Assembly: GCA_025800395.1 (NCBI GenBank) | Contig: JAOXRU010000126.1 | Location: 9,717-73,716 of the forward strand | DNA from: Flavobacteriaceae bacterium | GTDB taxonomy: Bacteria; Bacteroidota; Bacteroidia; Flavobacteriales; Flavobacteriaceae | Direction: 5' to 3' | Length of the DNA stretch: 64,000 bases | Shown here: positions 25,983 through 36,204 of the stretch, piece after piece | Position numbering within the stretch: the stretch's first letter is position 1 | How the letters are laid out: the number at the start of each line of letters is the position of its first letter | Notes under the pieces: generated by a model | What the model was told of the DNA's origin: nothing | Database searches by the model: none | Seen by the model: the letters and a program-made list of their open reading frames with translations, nothing else | Position numbers and translations under genes: made by a program

Positions 25983-27509
25983 TTAGTAGCTAACTCTTAC
26001 AAAAACAGCATAATTCTGATTGGTGCCATTTTCTTTTAATAGAGTGTTTTTAGGATTTAATAAAAAACTGGATCTGTGTCTAACACCAAAAGTATAGTTG
26101 ATTTGGTTGTTTGTGTTGGTAGTATATCCCAATCCAATTAGAGGTTGCAGTTTGTGCGCTGTATCTATAGCAATTTCTGGTAGAGCTACATCGGTAACAA
26201 ATCGATTCGTTTCTTTGAATTGATAGAAATTGGAAATGTTAAATGTAGTTCGTAGTTCCGATTTCCAATACCATTTGCTTTTGTTTGAAATTGCAAAATC
26301 TTTACTTAAACTAAATCCTAATATTAGATTCGCGGTCTCAAACTCGCTTACAAATTGATAGTCTTTCTTTTCTAACTTTTCGAACCCAAGCTCAGATTGA
26401 AAATAATATTGGTTAAATTTTTTGTAAAATCCTAAGTCGATATCCAATAAATTGGCTTCGTAGTTTTTACCAGAAGTAGAAACTCTAAAATTATCTCCTA
26501 CGGTATAATTGGTTTGTAAATGCCATCTATATTTTTTTTTGGTTTGCCACCAATTTGCTTCAAACAAATATGTATTTGCTTTGTACCGCGCGATAACTTC
26601 ATCCGCATTATCTGAGACAATTCGGTAAAAAAAATTGTTTTTTAAAGATTCCATTCCTCCTTTTATCTGAATAATATCTTCATTGCCTTTATAAAGATAT
26701 TGCAATGCGCCTGAAAAAGTTTTGTCTTTTTCTCTAATCGTTGTATTTGTTGCGGTAATAACCATTCCATACCCCAAAGAGATTCTATGGAATATCTCCG
26801 TGTTAATTGGAAAATTTTCATACCTGCTGTCATATCGAATATCTGCAAAATTGTGTACAAATCCATAAGAAGCATCTAGGCCCAAATGGTGTTTGTGACT
26901 AAATTTGTAGAACAATGATGCTTTGGTCTGTATATCTAAATTGGTGAGTTTGGGTTTTGGTTGTATTTCTCTAAAGTATTCTTTACTTCTATAATCAACA
27001 CCTATTGTTGCCCAAAATTTGTCTTTGAGTAATGGCGTAGTCAATTGGCCATGCAATTTATAAGATTGGTTGTTCCAGTCTCCTTCAGAGTAAGCCAAGG
27101 TATAGTGAGGAGAAAGACTAGCAGCATTTTTGCGTTCCGTATTTAGTTGTGTAAGATTGTAACCTAATTTGCTCAAATAATTTCTGCCATAAGAAATACC
27201 ACCAGAAAACAAAGTGTTTTTATGGCTATAAAATCCTGTCCCAGATACTAGGATGTTGCTGTTTTTTTGTTCTTTTCTGGCAGACCGATAATTGTGGTTT
27301 GACAAATTTCCTTCCAAAGTGATTTCGGTGAAGTTTTTTATGGGTTTTATAGTGTGTAAAATTGGATCTTTCAAATACCAAGAGGACAAATATTGAAAAT
27401 AAGAATGCTGATAATTTTGCTTTAAGTCTAAAACATCTTCAATAGCCAAGTTTTGTCCTTGCAGCAGTAAGGTGCTAAGCAAAAAAATCGTATTAATTAG
27501 GGTTTTCAT
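25983..27509 (-). CDS. Outer-membrane beta-barrel protein, uncharacterised (DUF6850-like)
   Basis: Signal peptide MKTLINTIFLLSTLLLQGQ from the ATG at 27509, because the listed GTG at 27530 lies inside a hairpin. Alternating beta-strand pattern ending in an aromatic residue (FVRVSY). Confidence 0.6.
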   Translation of the reverse strand: MKTLINTIFLLSTLLLQGQNLAIEDVLDLKQNYQHSYFQYLSSWYLKDPILHTIKPIKNFTEITLEGNLSNHNYRSARKEQKNSNILVSGTGFYSHKNTLFSGGISYGRNYLSKLGYNLTQLNTERKNAASLSPHYTLAYSEGDWNNQSYKLHGQLTTPLLKDKFWATIGVDYRSKEYFREIQPKPKLTNLDIQTKASLFYKFSHKHHLGLDASYGFVHNFADIRYDSRYENFPINTEIFHRISLGYGMVITATNTTIREKDKTFSGALQYLYKGNEDIIQIKGGMESLKNNFFYRIVSDNADEVIARYKANTYLFEANWWQTKKKYRWHLQTNYTVGDNFRVSTSGKNYEANLLDIDLGFYKKFNQYYFQSELGFEKLEKKDYQFVSEFETANLILGFSLSKDFAISNKSKWYWKSELRTTFNISNFYQFKETNRFVTDVALPEIAIDTAHKLQPLIGLGYTTNTNNQINYTFGVRHRSSFLLNPKNTLLKENGTNQNYAVFVRVSY

Positions 27510-27526
27510 AAAAAGGAAAAAGTTAA

Positions 27527-27557
27527 GCACAAAAGGTTTGTTTTAAACCTTTTGTGC
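27527..27557 (-). terminator. Intercistronic perfect 13-bp stem-loop (possible partial terminator or processing/stability element)
   Basis: GCACAAAAGGTTT-GTTTT-AAACCTTTTGTGC, located between the lipoprotein gene stop (27568) and the barrel gene start (27509). Confidence 0.5.
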
Positions 27558-27567
27558 TTGTGTAAAA

Positions 27568-28893
27568 TTAATTCCAGCCAGCAGGAACTGGTCTGTCGAT
27601 AACTATAAAGTCGTCTGTGGTATTGTTGGTATCTTGTAGAACTTTTCGATTTCCGAAAGTTTTCGTTACTTTTCGAATAATGGATTGAGAAGAATAACTT
27701 CCTTTTGGCATTACAGCTTGTCCGCCATCTAATGAAGGGTCTAATCTTCTTGGGTACGATCTTGCTGGGTCTGTATGATTGGTTTCAACAGCATCTAAAA
27801 TAAGTTCGTTTGGTATTTGCATATAACGTTTTGTAGTTTCGGTAAGTGAAGTTTTATCTGGAGTAGGTAATTTTGCGAAACTAGAAATATCGTCTGTTCT
27901 AAACAACACAAAAGAATCTCTCCCTAATGGGTCTAAGATTAATTCTTTAGCATTTAGTCGGTAAGTAATCAATAGATTAGGTACTGACGGATTGTCGATA
28001 TCTGTTTTTAGAGGGGTTTTGCCTAATGCATTAAAATGCTCTATAAAGTTTACTTCAAAATCTGCACCACTTAGGTCGATTGTTAAATCTGGATTTGCCA
28101 CGCTATAAGTCTTATCACCTACTACTAATGGTTCTTTATGGTTAATTGCTGTACCAGCAATTACCATACTTTCTCCTGGTGCAATAGCATAGTCTTTACC
28201 ACTTCCTGGTATTTGATAAACATGGTCTGCGTAAGAAAAATCGGTATTAGATTTATCTCCTTTGGTTTGCTCTAAAGATTTAGACCAGTCGTACTGTCCA
28301 TTGCTTAAGGTATAATCTTCTGTAGTAGATTTGGTTCTTCCCCAAAGTTGCCCAAAGTATAATCCGTCTGCATAGATGGTCTCATTAGAGTTGTTGTAGA
28401 TTTCAAAGAACAAATCTCTATAAACAGCGCCTTCTTTTACATGAGAACCTGCAAAATAGATTTGTTTAAATAGTAAGCTTCCAATTCGAGAAGACTTCAA
28501 TTCAATATTAAACACTTTAGAATCTTTATTAATTGTAATGTTCTCTAGGATACCACTAAAAACAACCTTGTCTTGTTTTGTAGTTATTCCAAAGAAATCT
28601 TTGTAAGAGTCTGGTGTAAACTCTATAGATGCCGAGGCGTTATATTTACCTGGATTAACTTCTCCAAAATTAATCACGCCTTCTGCATTAGAAGTAGCTG
28701 TGTAAGTGTAGCTATTGTCTACACCACTTAATTTAACCTCGATGCCAGCAACAGATTTATTGTCGAAAGCAGCACCAAAATTAGCAACAATTTCAGAGGC
28801 TACGGGTTGGATAACAGGATCGTCATCGTTACAGCCAATGAAACTAAAAATAGTTAGTAAAATTAAAAAATGGAATTTTGTAATTCTTTTCAT
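27568..28893 (-). CDS. Surface lipoprotein, uncharacterised (DUF4876-like)
   Basis: Lipoprotein signal LLTIFSFIGCNDDD from the ATG at 28893. An Ig/CarboxypepD_reg-like N-terminal module (GIEVKLSG...ATSNAEGVINFGEVNPGKY). It starts 10 nt after the TBDR stop. Confidence 0.6.
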   Translation of the reverse strand: MKRITKFHFLILLTIFSFIGCNDDDPVIQPVASEIVANFGAAFDNKSVAGIEVKLSGVDNSYTYTATSNAEGVINFGEVNPGKYNASASIEFTPDSYKDFFGITTKQDKVVFSGILENITINKDSKVFNIELKSSRIGSLLFKQIYFAGSHVKEGAVYRDLFFEIYNNSNETIYADGLYFGQLWGRTKSTTEDYTLSNGQYDWSKSLEQTKGDKSNTDFSYADHVYQIPGSGKDYAIAPGESMVIAGTAINHKEPLVVGDKTYSVANPDLTIDLSGADFEVNFIEHFNALGKTPLKTDIDNPSVPNLLITYRLNAKELILDPLGRDSFVLFRTDDISSFAKLPTPDKTSLTETTKRYMQIPNELILDAVETNHTDPARSYPRRLDPSLDGGQAVMPKGSYSSQSIIRKVTKTFGNRKVLQDTNNTTDDFIVIDRPVPAGWN

Positions 28894-28903
28894 TACGAAT
28901 AGT

Positions 28904-31609
28904 TTAAAATTTATAATTAATGGCTCCACCAAAAGTAATGGGCCGGTTAGCTTCTCTAAAAGTTATTTCACCATCGCTATTAGTAATTCTTAGTACTGGG
29001 AGATGGTTGAAGAAATTAATAGCATAAAACGATAAACGCAAGCCATTATCAAACTCTTTTGCGACTTTTAAATGATAATTGCTATAGGGTTTTGGTATGT
29101 CCGAACTACTTCCTGCATTTTCGCTTCTTCGAATGGGTGCGTATTTGGTATCGGCTCGCTCATTTTCTGGTATGGGGAAGTAATTAAAACTTCGATCGTA
29201 ATAAGCAAATGGCAATGCTACCTGTTTGTCTTTATTAAATTTATTCATCCAGAATTGTTCTGCTTTTAGGTCAATTACAAGACCAATAGAAGGGATGTGA
29301 TGTGTAAAAGTTACAGCGCTATTTAGACGTTGATAGACGTTATCGGTTGGACTGTGCAAACCAATATATGCCTCGGATGTGTCATCTTTAGAGGTAACAA
29401 AGGTGTTTAGGTCTGTGCTAGTTTTGGTGTAACTATATGTGGCATTGAATAAAAAGGCAGTGTTTATTGCTTCAATTTTATGAATTCTAGAAAGCAATTC
29501 AATTCCTTTGTTTATGGTAATTAATCCATTTTCTGGTTTCGAATAGCGTAACAAAAATGGTCTTGTACCAACAATTGTATAATCGGGTGCTTTGTCTGTA
29601 TAAGTCGTAAATTTAATTTCAGGTAAATCTCCAAAAGAGAAGTTACTCTGGTTTGTAAAGCCGTCCGTTTGCTTATTATAGTAAGCTGTTAATGATAAAT
29701 TCCATTTAGGTTTGTAAATGTCGATGCCGTTCTCTAGTTTAAAGGTTTTGGAGGGTTTTAGGTTTGGGGAATGATAAGATCGTATAAAGGTGTGTCCTAG
29801 GGCAAAAGAATACGCATTGGTTCTGTAATCTGCCAAAAGTATGTCGTAATATACATCAATGGGAATGGTGCTTTGTAGAGATGGAGCCTTTACAAATATT
29901 CCCATCCCTACTCGTTGTTTTAACCAAGGAGTCCAATATATCGAAGTGTTTAAGCGAGGACTAATGTTGTGCTTTGTGTTGTAATTGTCGTAGCGCAATC
30001 CAGCATCTGTTTTCCAAGGTTTATTAAAGAGAGTACTGCTGTAATTGGCAGAAAGATATGCACTATGTTTTACATCTGCTGGAACAAGATCGTTAAAATT
30101 AATATTTCTATAACCACTTTTACCCGATGAAGAAGGGTTGTTGTATAAATTGGCATTGTTTTGGGTGTAATTGCCTTTTCCAAAATTTTTATCGTATTCG
30201 AAAGAAGTTCCAACTTCGATTGATAAGCTGTGGTTTTTTCTTCGGATTATTTTGGAAACCGACAGTCTGCTAAAGAAGGAGAGGGGTTTGTTGTCAATTC
30301 GTTCCATGGCATTATATTGCACAGGGGTATATTCGAGTTCAAAAGTCCCTTCTTTAAAACTGTCGAATATGGGTTCTCCACCGTTATTGGTAAACAGGCT
30401 GTTTAAGGTGTTGTTTGGTGTGTAGTTTAAAGATATTGAGGCGTTTAGCTGGTTTATCCATTTGTTTGTGAAAAACTTGGTATACTGATTAGATATGGCA
30501 ATGCGCCGACTTTCAACTTTTTTTTCTCTTTCTGTTATTGTACTCGATATAGAATTATAAGCATTAATATGTTGTCCGTAAGAGAAGTTAAGTCTATTGG
30601 TATAGTTATTCGGTTTTTTTATTTGCCAAGTCATGTTCGCATTTAAACGATCGAAAGAAGAAATATTACTTCTGGGATCGTTTTCCGATCGCAAATATTC
30701 CAATCCCCAATTAATGCCGTTTCCAGAGTTAATCCTATACCCCTTAGAAACTCTTAGGTTATAACTGCCTCCTCTTAGGGTTGCGTTTGCTTCATAGGGC
30801 GTTTTACCAACATTTCTAATTATTTTTACCAATCCAGTATTATGATCTCCATATTTGGCATTTGAAATTCCTTGGACTACCTCAATACTTTCTATATTGT
30901 TTAAGCTAATGTTTTTTAAATCTACCCCTAGACCAGTGCTATTGTTTTCAGTTAAATTGGAGAAAATGCCAAAACGGGCACCTCTGTTACCACTAAGTTC
31001 GGAGTTGTTGTTTAGTGGAATGTCATCGATCAGATACGTAATTCCAAAAGCATTGTTGGATAAGTGTTCGTTTATAGAACTTAATAGCCCACTATTTTCG
31101 TTAAAACTATCGCTCTGATTAAAGATTGCCGTGCGTAAAGTTAAAATCTGTCGTTCAAACAAATTGGATTCGGTGAGTGGTTTTCCAGGGATAAGTTGCA
31201 TTACATCTGCCATACTATGTCCTTGTACCAAGGCTATTGCTTGTTTGCCCATTGTAATTTGTGACCCATTACTTTTTTTGTTACGTTTGGCGGTTACAAC
31301 TACCTCTTTCATTTTAAGGCTGTTTTCTTCCAAATAAACGACCAAAGATGCAGTTGGTTTATCAACTATTAAACGAACATTTTTCTTGCCCAACAATCGA
31401 AACTCAAGGGTTACAGGAAACGATGTGATATCAAGTGCAAAAACACCTTTTTTGTTGCTTATGGCCCATAAGTTAGTTTCTAGTGTTGTAATCTGAACGT
31501 CTTCTAGAGGAGATTTTGTTTCTTTTTCTAGAACAACCCCTTTTATTTGTCCTTTGGTTGTTGTATAAACCATTATTAAGGAGACAAATAAAAACCAATT
31601 TTTCATCAT
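28904..31609 (-). CDS. TonB-dependent outer-membrane receptor with an N-terminal CarboxypepD_reg-like domain
   Basis: Signal peptide, GQIKGVVLEKETKSPLEDVQI domain, plug region (VEVVQGISNAKYGDHNTGLVKI) and a long barrel ending in GGAINYKF. Confidence 0.85.
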   Translation of the reverse strand: MMKNWFLFVSLIMVYTTTKGQIKGVVLEKETKSPLEDVQITTLETNLWAISNKKGVFALDITSFPVTLEFRLLGKKNVRLIVDKPTASLVVYLEENSLKMKEVVVTAKRNKKSNGSQITMGKQAIALVQGHSMADVMQLIPGKPLTESNLFERQILTLRTAIFNQSDSFNENSGLLSSINEHLSNNAFGITYLIDDIPLNNNSELSGNRGARFGIFSNLTENNSTGLGVDLKNISLNNIESIEVVQGISNAKYGDHNTGLVKIIRNVGKTPYEANATLRGGSYNLRVSKGYRINSGNGINWGLEYLRSENDPRSNISSFDRLNANMTWQIKKPNNYTNRLNFSYGQHINAYNSISSTITEREKKVESRRIAISNQYTKFFTNKWINQLNASISLNYTPNNTLNSLFTNNGGEPIFDSFKEGTFELEYTPVQYNAMERIDNKPLSFFSRLSVSKIIRRKNHSLSIEVGTSFEYDKNFGKGNYTQNNANLYNNPSSSGKSGYRNINFNDLVPADVKHSAYLSANYSSTLFNKPWKTDAGLRYDNYNTKHNISPRLNTSIYWTPWLKQRVGMGIFVKAPSLQSTIPIDVYYDILLADYRTNAYSFALGHTFIRSYHSPNLKPSKTFKLENGIDIYKPKWNLSLTAYYNKQTDGFTNQSNFSFGDLPEIKFTTYTDKAPDYTIVGTRPFLLRYSKPENGLITINKGIELLSRIHKIEAINTAFLFNATYSYTKTSTDLNTFVTSKDDTSEAYIGLHSPTDNVYQRLNSAVTFTHHIPSIGLVIDLKAEQFWMNKFNKDKQVALPFAYYDRSFNYFPIPENERADTKYAPIRRSENAGSSSDIPKPYSNYHLKVAKEFDNGLRLSFYAINFFNHLPVLRITNSDGEITFREANRPITFGGAINYKF

Positions 31610-31626
31610 CTTTTAATTAGAAAGGA

Positions 31627-31634
31627 CAAAATTA
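31627..31634 (-). promoter_or_regulatory. -7 box TAATTTTG for the TBDR operon
   Basis: Exact TAnnTTTG match on the minus strand, 17 nt upstream of the ATG at 31609. Confidence 0.4.
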
Positions 31635-31760
31635 TTTAAAATTAGTCTAATTAAGATGATTTTTTTGTTTTTTTTGCTAACATTTTGTTCAATTAAGAAA
31701 AAGATCGATACCTCGAAATTTTGGTTTATAGTGCTTTTGTTTTTTCTTGTAAAAAATTGG

Positions 31761-32573
31761 CTACTGGAACAAGCAATCTTGGATTACATCTTCTACGGTA
31801 TACTGTAAATGTTTGGGTAATTTGTTGTCTTTTGGAAGTACTGCTAAATAACGGTCTTCGTTGGATGTGTATACCTTTTTAATTAGTGCATGTTGCATAT
31901 CTAATCCAGCTAGTAGGTCTTCTATAAACGCTTCATGATGAATTAAATTCTCACTACCCAAATGAAAAATTCCATATCGTTCTCGATTAATCATGTAGTG
32001 TAGTTGTATGCAGAGATACTGAATACTGGCAACATTGATAACTAAATTCGGAAAAACTTCGTAAGCTTCGTTTTCTGATAGGTATTGTTTCAGTTCTCGT
32101 ATGCGGTAGGAAGTACTGCCAAATACCATAGGAATTCGTGCAATAATAAAGTTCCCAGATTGCATTTGCATAAGTGCATTTTCGATTTTTATTTTAAACC
32201 TACCATAAATGCTTTCAGAAAGAGTTTTGTCGTACTCGTAAGAAGGAAAATTAATAAAGGCATCGAATACATTGGCGGAAGAAAGTAAAACAATTGTTGC
32301 GCTACGATGTTCGGCAAATGTAATAAGGTCTAAATGTGCATCGATCTGACTTACAAAATCGCCCCGCATAGCAGATATTATAATGCTTGGTCTAAGTTCG
32401 TCTAGAATATCAAAAATGGTTTGCTCAAAGGCGTCGAAATAGTGAAAATGCCGATTCTCTCTAAACGAATTCTGACTACAATAGGTGCCGTGTACGTCAA
32501 AGTAGGGGCATAGCTCTTTATATAAAGCATGGCCTATATTGCCACTGGCCCCTAAAATGAGTATACGTTTCAA
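31761..32573 (-). CDS. NAD(P)-binding SDR / RmlD-like sugar-nucleotide reductase-family protein
   Basis: Rossmann motif MKRILILGASGNIGHAL; length ~270 aa. It lies 5 nt downstream of gcvT. Confidence 0.65.
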   Translation of the reverse strand: MKRILILGASGNIGHALYKELCPYFDVHGTYCSQNSFRENRHFHYFDAFEQTIFDILDELRPSIIISAMRGDFVSQIDAHLDLITFAEHRSATIVLLSSANVFDAFINFPSYEYDKTLSESIYGRFKIKIENALMQMQSGNFIIARIPMVFGSTSYRIRELKQYLSENEAYEVFPNLVINVASIQYLCIQLHYMINRERYGIFHLGSENLIHHEAFIEDLLAGLDMQHALIKKVYTSNEDRYLAVLPKDNKLPKHLQYTVEDVIQDCLFQ

Positions 32574-32578
32574 ATAAA

Positions 32579-33661
32579 TTATTTTTTGTAAAACGGAAGT
32601 TTTACCACTTTAGCAGCTACGGTTTTCTTTCTAATTTGAATAGCAATCGGGGTTTCTGTTTTACTAAAACCTGTACGTACATAGCCTAGGCCAATACCTT
32701 TTTGTAAAGAAGGAGACATAGTGCCAGATGTTACCTTGCCAATGCTATTTCCAGAATCATCCAAAATTTCATAACCTTGTCTTGGTATTCCCTTTTCTGT
32801 AAGCTCAAAAGCAACGAGTTTTTTGGTAACACCAGCTTCTTTTTGTGTTGCTAGTGCTTTATGGTTTACAAATTCTTTAGTGAATTTGGTAATCCACCCT
32901 AATCCAGCTTCTAATGGAGAAGTAGTATCATCTATATCGTTACCATAAAGACAGTATCCCATTTCTAAACGTAAGGTGTCTCTTGCTGCTAAACCAATTG
33001 GTTTGATACCATAATCTGATCCAGCTTCAAATACTTTGTCCCACAATTGGTCAACTTCGCTGTTCTTACAATAGATTTCAAAACCACCACTTCCAGTGTA
33101 TCCCGTAGCAGATATAATTACCTGGTCTATTCCTGCAAAAGAACCTACTACAAAATTGTAAAATGGGATGTCAGATAAGTTTACTGTGGTTAAAGATTGC
33201 ATTGCTTCTACTGCTTTAGGGCCTTGAATGGCTAGTAAAGAATAGTCATCGGACAAATTTTTCATGTCTACTCCTTGGGTGTTAAATTTAGATATCCAAT
33301 TCCAATCTTTTTCAATATTAGAGGCGTTAACCACTAAGAGATATGTGTTTTCTTTTAAACGATAAACAATAAGATCGTCTACAATGCCACCATCTTCGTT
33401 TGGCATGCAAGAATATTGTGCTTTGCCAATAGTTAATTTAGAAGCGTCGTTCGAGGTGACTTTCTGTACCAGTTCTAAAGCATGCGCTCCTTCCAGCAAA
33501 AATTCGCCCATATGAGATACATCAAAAACGCCTACACTTTCGCGAACGGTTTGGTGTTCTATATTAACGCCCTCATATTGTACAGGCATATTGTAGCCTG
33601 CGAAAGGAACCATTTTGGCGCCGAGTGCGATATGTTTTTCGTTTAATGCAATATGTTTCAT
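32579..33661 (-). CDS. gcvT: Glycine cleavage system aminomethyltransferase T
   Basis: [17 protein letters not shown]...[12 protein letters not shown]-terminus; 360 aa; typical GcvT layout. Confidence 0.95.
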   Translation of the reverse strand: MKHIALNEKHIALGAKMVPFAGYNMPVQYEGVNIEHQTVRESVGVFDVSHMGEFLLEGAHALELVQKVTSNDASKLTIGKAQYSCMPNEDGGIVDDLIVYRLKENTYLLVVNASNIEKDWNWISKFNTQGVDMKNLSDDYSLLAIQGPKAVEAMQSLTTVNLSDIPFYNFVVGSFAGIDQVIISATGYTGSGGFEIYCKNSEVDQLWDKVFEAGSDYGIKPIGLAARDTLRLEMGYCLYGNDIDDTTSPLEAGLGWITKFTKEFVNHKALATQKEAGVTKKLVAFELTEKGIPRQGYEILDDSGNSIGKVTSGTMSPSLQKGIGLGYVRTGFSKTETPIAIQIRKKTVAAKVVKLPFYKK

Positions 33662-33680
33662 GTCATGAATTTGTGATATG

Positions 33681-33688
33681 CAAATGTA
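33681..33688 (-). promoter_or_regulatory. -7 box TACATTTG for gcvT
   Basis: Exact TAnnTTTG match on the minus strand, 19 nt upstream of the gcvT ATG. Confidence 0.4.
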
Positions 33689-33975
33689 ATAAAAGTAGGT
33701 GTGATGCTAGATGACTATACTCGTTTTTTATTCATTAAGTATTTATATCATCTTATCAAGTAGGAAGAGAAGAGATGTTTGAGTTTTCGTTTTTCTTTTT
33801 GATTGGCTTGTCCATATCGCAAATATAATCGGGTAAATTCGCTTGAAAATTATGGTGATCGTGTGATGAAATGCGAACAAAAAAAAAGACGGACAATAAG
33901 TAGAATCCACCTTTTTGATATTTGTTGTATAGAATATATAGTGTATCAAATGAGATACATCAATTGTCTCTAATG

Positions 33976-35274
33976 TTAGCTATTTAAAATAAAGGATTTT
34001 AATTCTTTATAATCCTTTATTTCTGAAGTGCTTTTGGTGCCATCCATTATAGCGGCTATTTGAACTGGAATTTCCACTTTTATTTTTAGGGTTTCTTTTA
34101 CTATGTCGAGAAATTTTACCGGATGCGCTGTCTCCAAAAAGATTCCGTTGTAATCTGTATTGTTTTCGACTTCTTTGCGAAGTCCCAAATAGGCAACAGC
34201 ACCGTGTGGATCGGAAATATATCCAAATTTTTTGTATAGCTCTTTCATGCCCAATTTAGTTTCCTTATCACTGAAACTATAGCTGCTAAAAATGGTTTTT
34301 AGCTTGTGTATATCGTTATTCATCATTTTGCGAATACGCACAAAATTACTTGGATTGCCTACATCCATAGCATTTGAAATGGTAGCTTTGGAGTTTTCCG
34401 GCTCATAAAGACCGGATTGCAAAAATCTAGGAATAGTATCATTGCTATTGGTAGCGGCCACGAAATGATGTATTGGTAGTCCGAGTTCTCTGGCAACCAT
34501 GCCAGCGCAGATATTCCCAAAATTTCCACTAGGTACGGAAACGTATAGGGGCAATTCTTTTTGTTGTAATTGTTTGTATGCAAAAAAGTAATACCACATT
34601 TGTGGCAACCATCGTGCTACATTGATGGAGTTGGCGGAAGTGAGGCCTTTGTGTTGTAGCTCATTATCCAAGAAGGCCATTTTTACCATATCCTGACAAT
34701 CATCAAATACACCTTTTACTTCTAAGGCCTGTATGTTTTGTCCGAGTGTGGTAAGTTGCTTTTCTTGGATATCACTTACCTTTCCTTTGGGATATAGTAT
34801 TATTACTTTTACTCCTTCTACGCCCAAGAATCCGGAAGCAACGGCTCCACCAGTATCCCCAGAGGTGGCCACCAATACACGTATATCTAAATTTTCTTCT
34901 TCTTTGTTGAAATATCCCAAACATCTTGCCATAAAACGGGCTCCTACATCTTTAAATGCCATGGTTGGACCGTGAAATAACTCCAAACTGAAGTCGTTGG
35001 AATCTCCCATTTTTACTAATGGAAAATCGAAGTTTAGGGTGTCATTTACAATTTGCTTTAAGGTTTCTGTATCGATTTCATTCCCAACAAATTGTTCTAT
35101 AGCTTTATAAGCGATTTCCTTATTGCTGTATTGGGATAGGTTGGCGATAAAAGAAGGGTCTAAAGGCCGTATGTTTTCTGGATAATACAAACCCTTGTCT
35201 GGGGCCAATCCTTTGATGACAGCGTTTTTAAAAGTGGATTTTGGAGCATTGTTATTTAAGCTAAAATAATTCAT
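33976..35274 (-). CDS. thrC: Threonine synthase
   Basis: PLP-lysine motif FHGPTMAFKDVGARF. The start overlaps the thrB stop by 4 nt. Confidence 0.95.
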   Translation of the reverse strand: MNYFSLNNNAPKSTFKNAVIKGLAPDKGLYYPENIRPLDPSFIANLSQYSNKEIAYKAIEQFVGNEIDTETLKQIVNDTLNFDFPLVKMGDSNDFSLELFHGPTMAFKDVGARFMARCLGYFNKEEENLDIRVLVATSGDTGGAVASGFLGVEGVKVIILYPKGKVSDIQEKQLTTLGQNIQALEVKGVFDDCQDMVKMAFLDNELQHKGLTSANSINVARWLPQMWYYFFAYKQLQQKELPLYVSVPSGNFGNICAGMVARELGLPIHHFVAATNSNDTIPRFLQSGLYEPENSKATISNAMDVGNPSNFVRIRKMMNNDIHKLKTIFSSYSFSDKETKLGMKELYKKFGYISDPHGAVAYLGLRKEVENNTDYNGIFLETAHPVKFLDIVKETLKIKVEIPVQIAAIMDGTKSTSEIKDYKELKSFILNS

Positions 35275-36200
35275 GACAGTATTCTTATTCCTTGGGTGTT
35301 GATTTTAGATATATGTATTTCACAGTTTAAATGTAGTTCTTTTGCTCTCAACTCTAAGGATTTGGCAACTTTTTGTGCAGTGGCAAGTCCCTTGCTTAGG
35401 GCAAATATAGAAGGTCCGGAGCCCGATATACCACTACCCAAAGCTCCTGCTTCCAGCGCGGCATGTTTGAAGGTGTCGAAGCCGGGTATCAATAAGGCGC
35501 GATGGGGTTCTACGACCACATCCACTAGGGAGCGCGAAAGCAATTCGTAATCTCCCAAAAATAAACTACTAATAAGTCCACCAACATTCCCCCATTGGGT
35601 AATTGCATTGCTCAGGGGTATTTGCTGTTTGAGAACGGCTCTAGCATCTTTGGTCTTTAGTTCTATTTGTGGATGTATAACTGTAGCTACCAATTCTGCT
35701 GGTGTCGGTATAGATACGATATCCAACGGTGTGGTACTTCGTACTAGGGTAAATCCACCATAAATTGCAGGAGCTACATTATCTGCATGCGGTGTGCCAC
35801 TGGCCAAAGCTTCTCCTTCCATAGCAAATCGCACCAAATCAATCGGTTGAAACGGATTGCCTAATAAATGATTTACACCAAACACTGCCGCACTAGAGCT
35901 TGCCGCGCTACTTCCTATACCACTTCCTGGTTTGATGTTTTTGTGAATTTTAATTTCAAAACCACATGGCGCTTCTATCTCGTCTAATAATGCCAATACC
36001 GCTACACCAGCAACGTTTTGCTTGGGATCTAATGGTAGGTCTTGACCAGTGATTTTGGAAATCCGAACACCTTTTTGGGCAGTAGTTTTAACAATCATTT
36101 GATCGCCAACTGCATCAAGGCATAAACCTAGCACATCAAATCCACAGGAAACATTGGCAATAGTAGCCGGACAAAAAAGTCTAATTTCTCTTCCAATCAT
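35271..36200 (-). CDS. thrB: Homoserine kinase
   Basis: GHMP-kinase motif PGSGIGSSAASS; 309 aa; positioned between thrA and thrC. Confidence 0.9.
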   Translation of the reverse strand: MIGREIRLFCPATIANVSCGFDVLGLCLDAVGDQMIVKTTAQKGVRISKITGQDLPLDPKQNVAGVAVLALLDEIEAPCGFEIKIHKNIKPGSGIGSSAASSSAAVFGVNHLLGNPFQPIDLVRFAMEGEALASGTPHADNVAPAIYGGFTLVRSTTPLDIVSIPTPAELVATVIHPQIELKTKDARAVLKQQIPLSNAITQWGNVGGLISSLFLGDYELLSRSLVDVVVEPHRALLIPGFDTFKHAALEAGALGSGISGSGPSIFALSKGLATAQKVAKSLELRAKELHLNCEIHISKINTQGIRILS

Positions 36201-36204
36201 AAAA

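Noticed and set aside
33743-33949. A 68-aa minus-strand ORF between gcvT and thrC
   Set aside because: No motifs, and a hydrophobic AT-rich translation. It lies in the thrC-terminator/gcvT-promoter spacer and is most likely non-coding.
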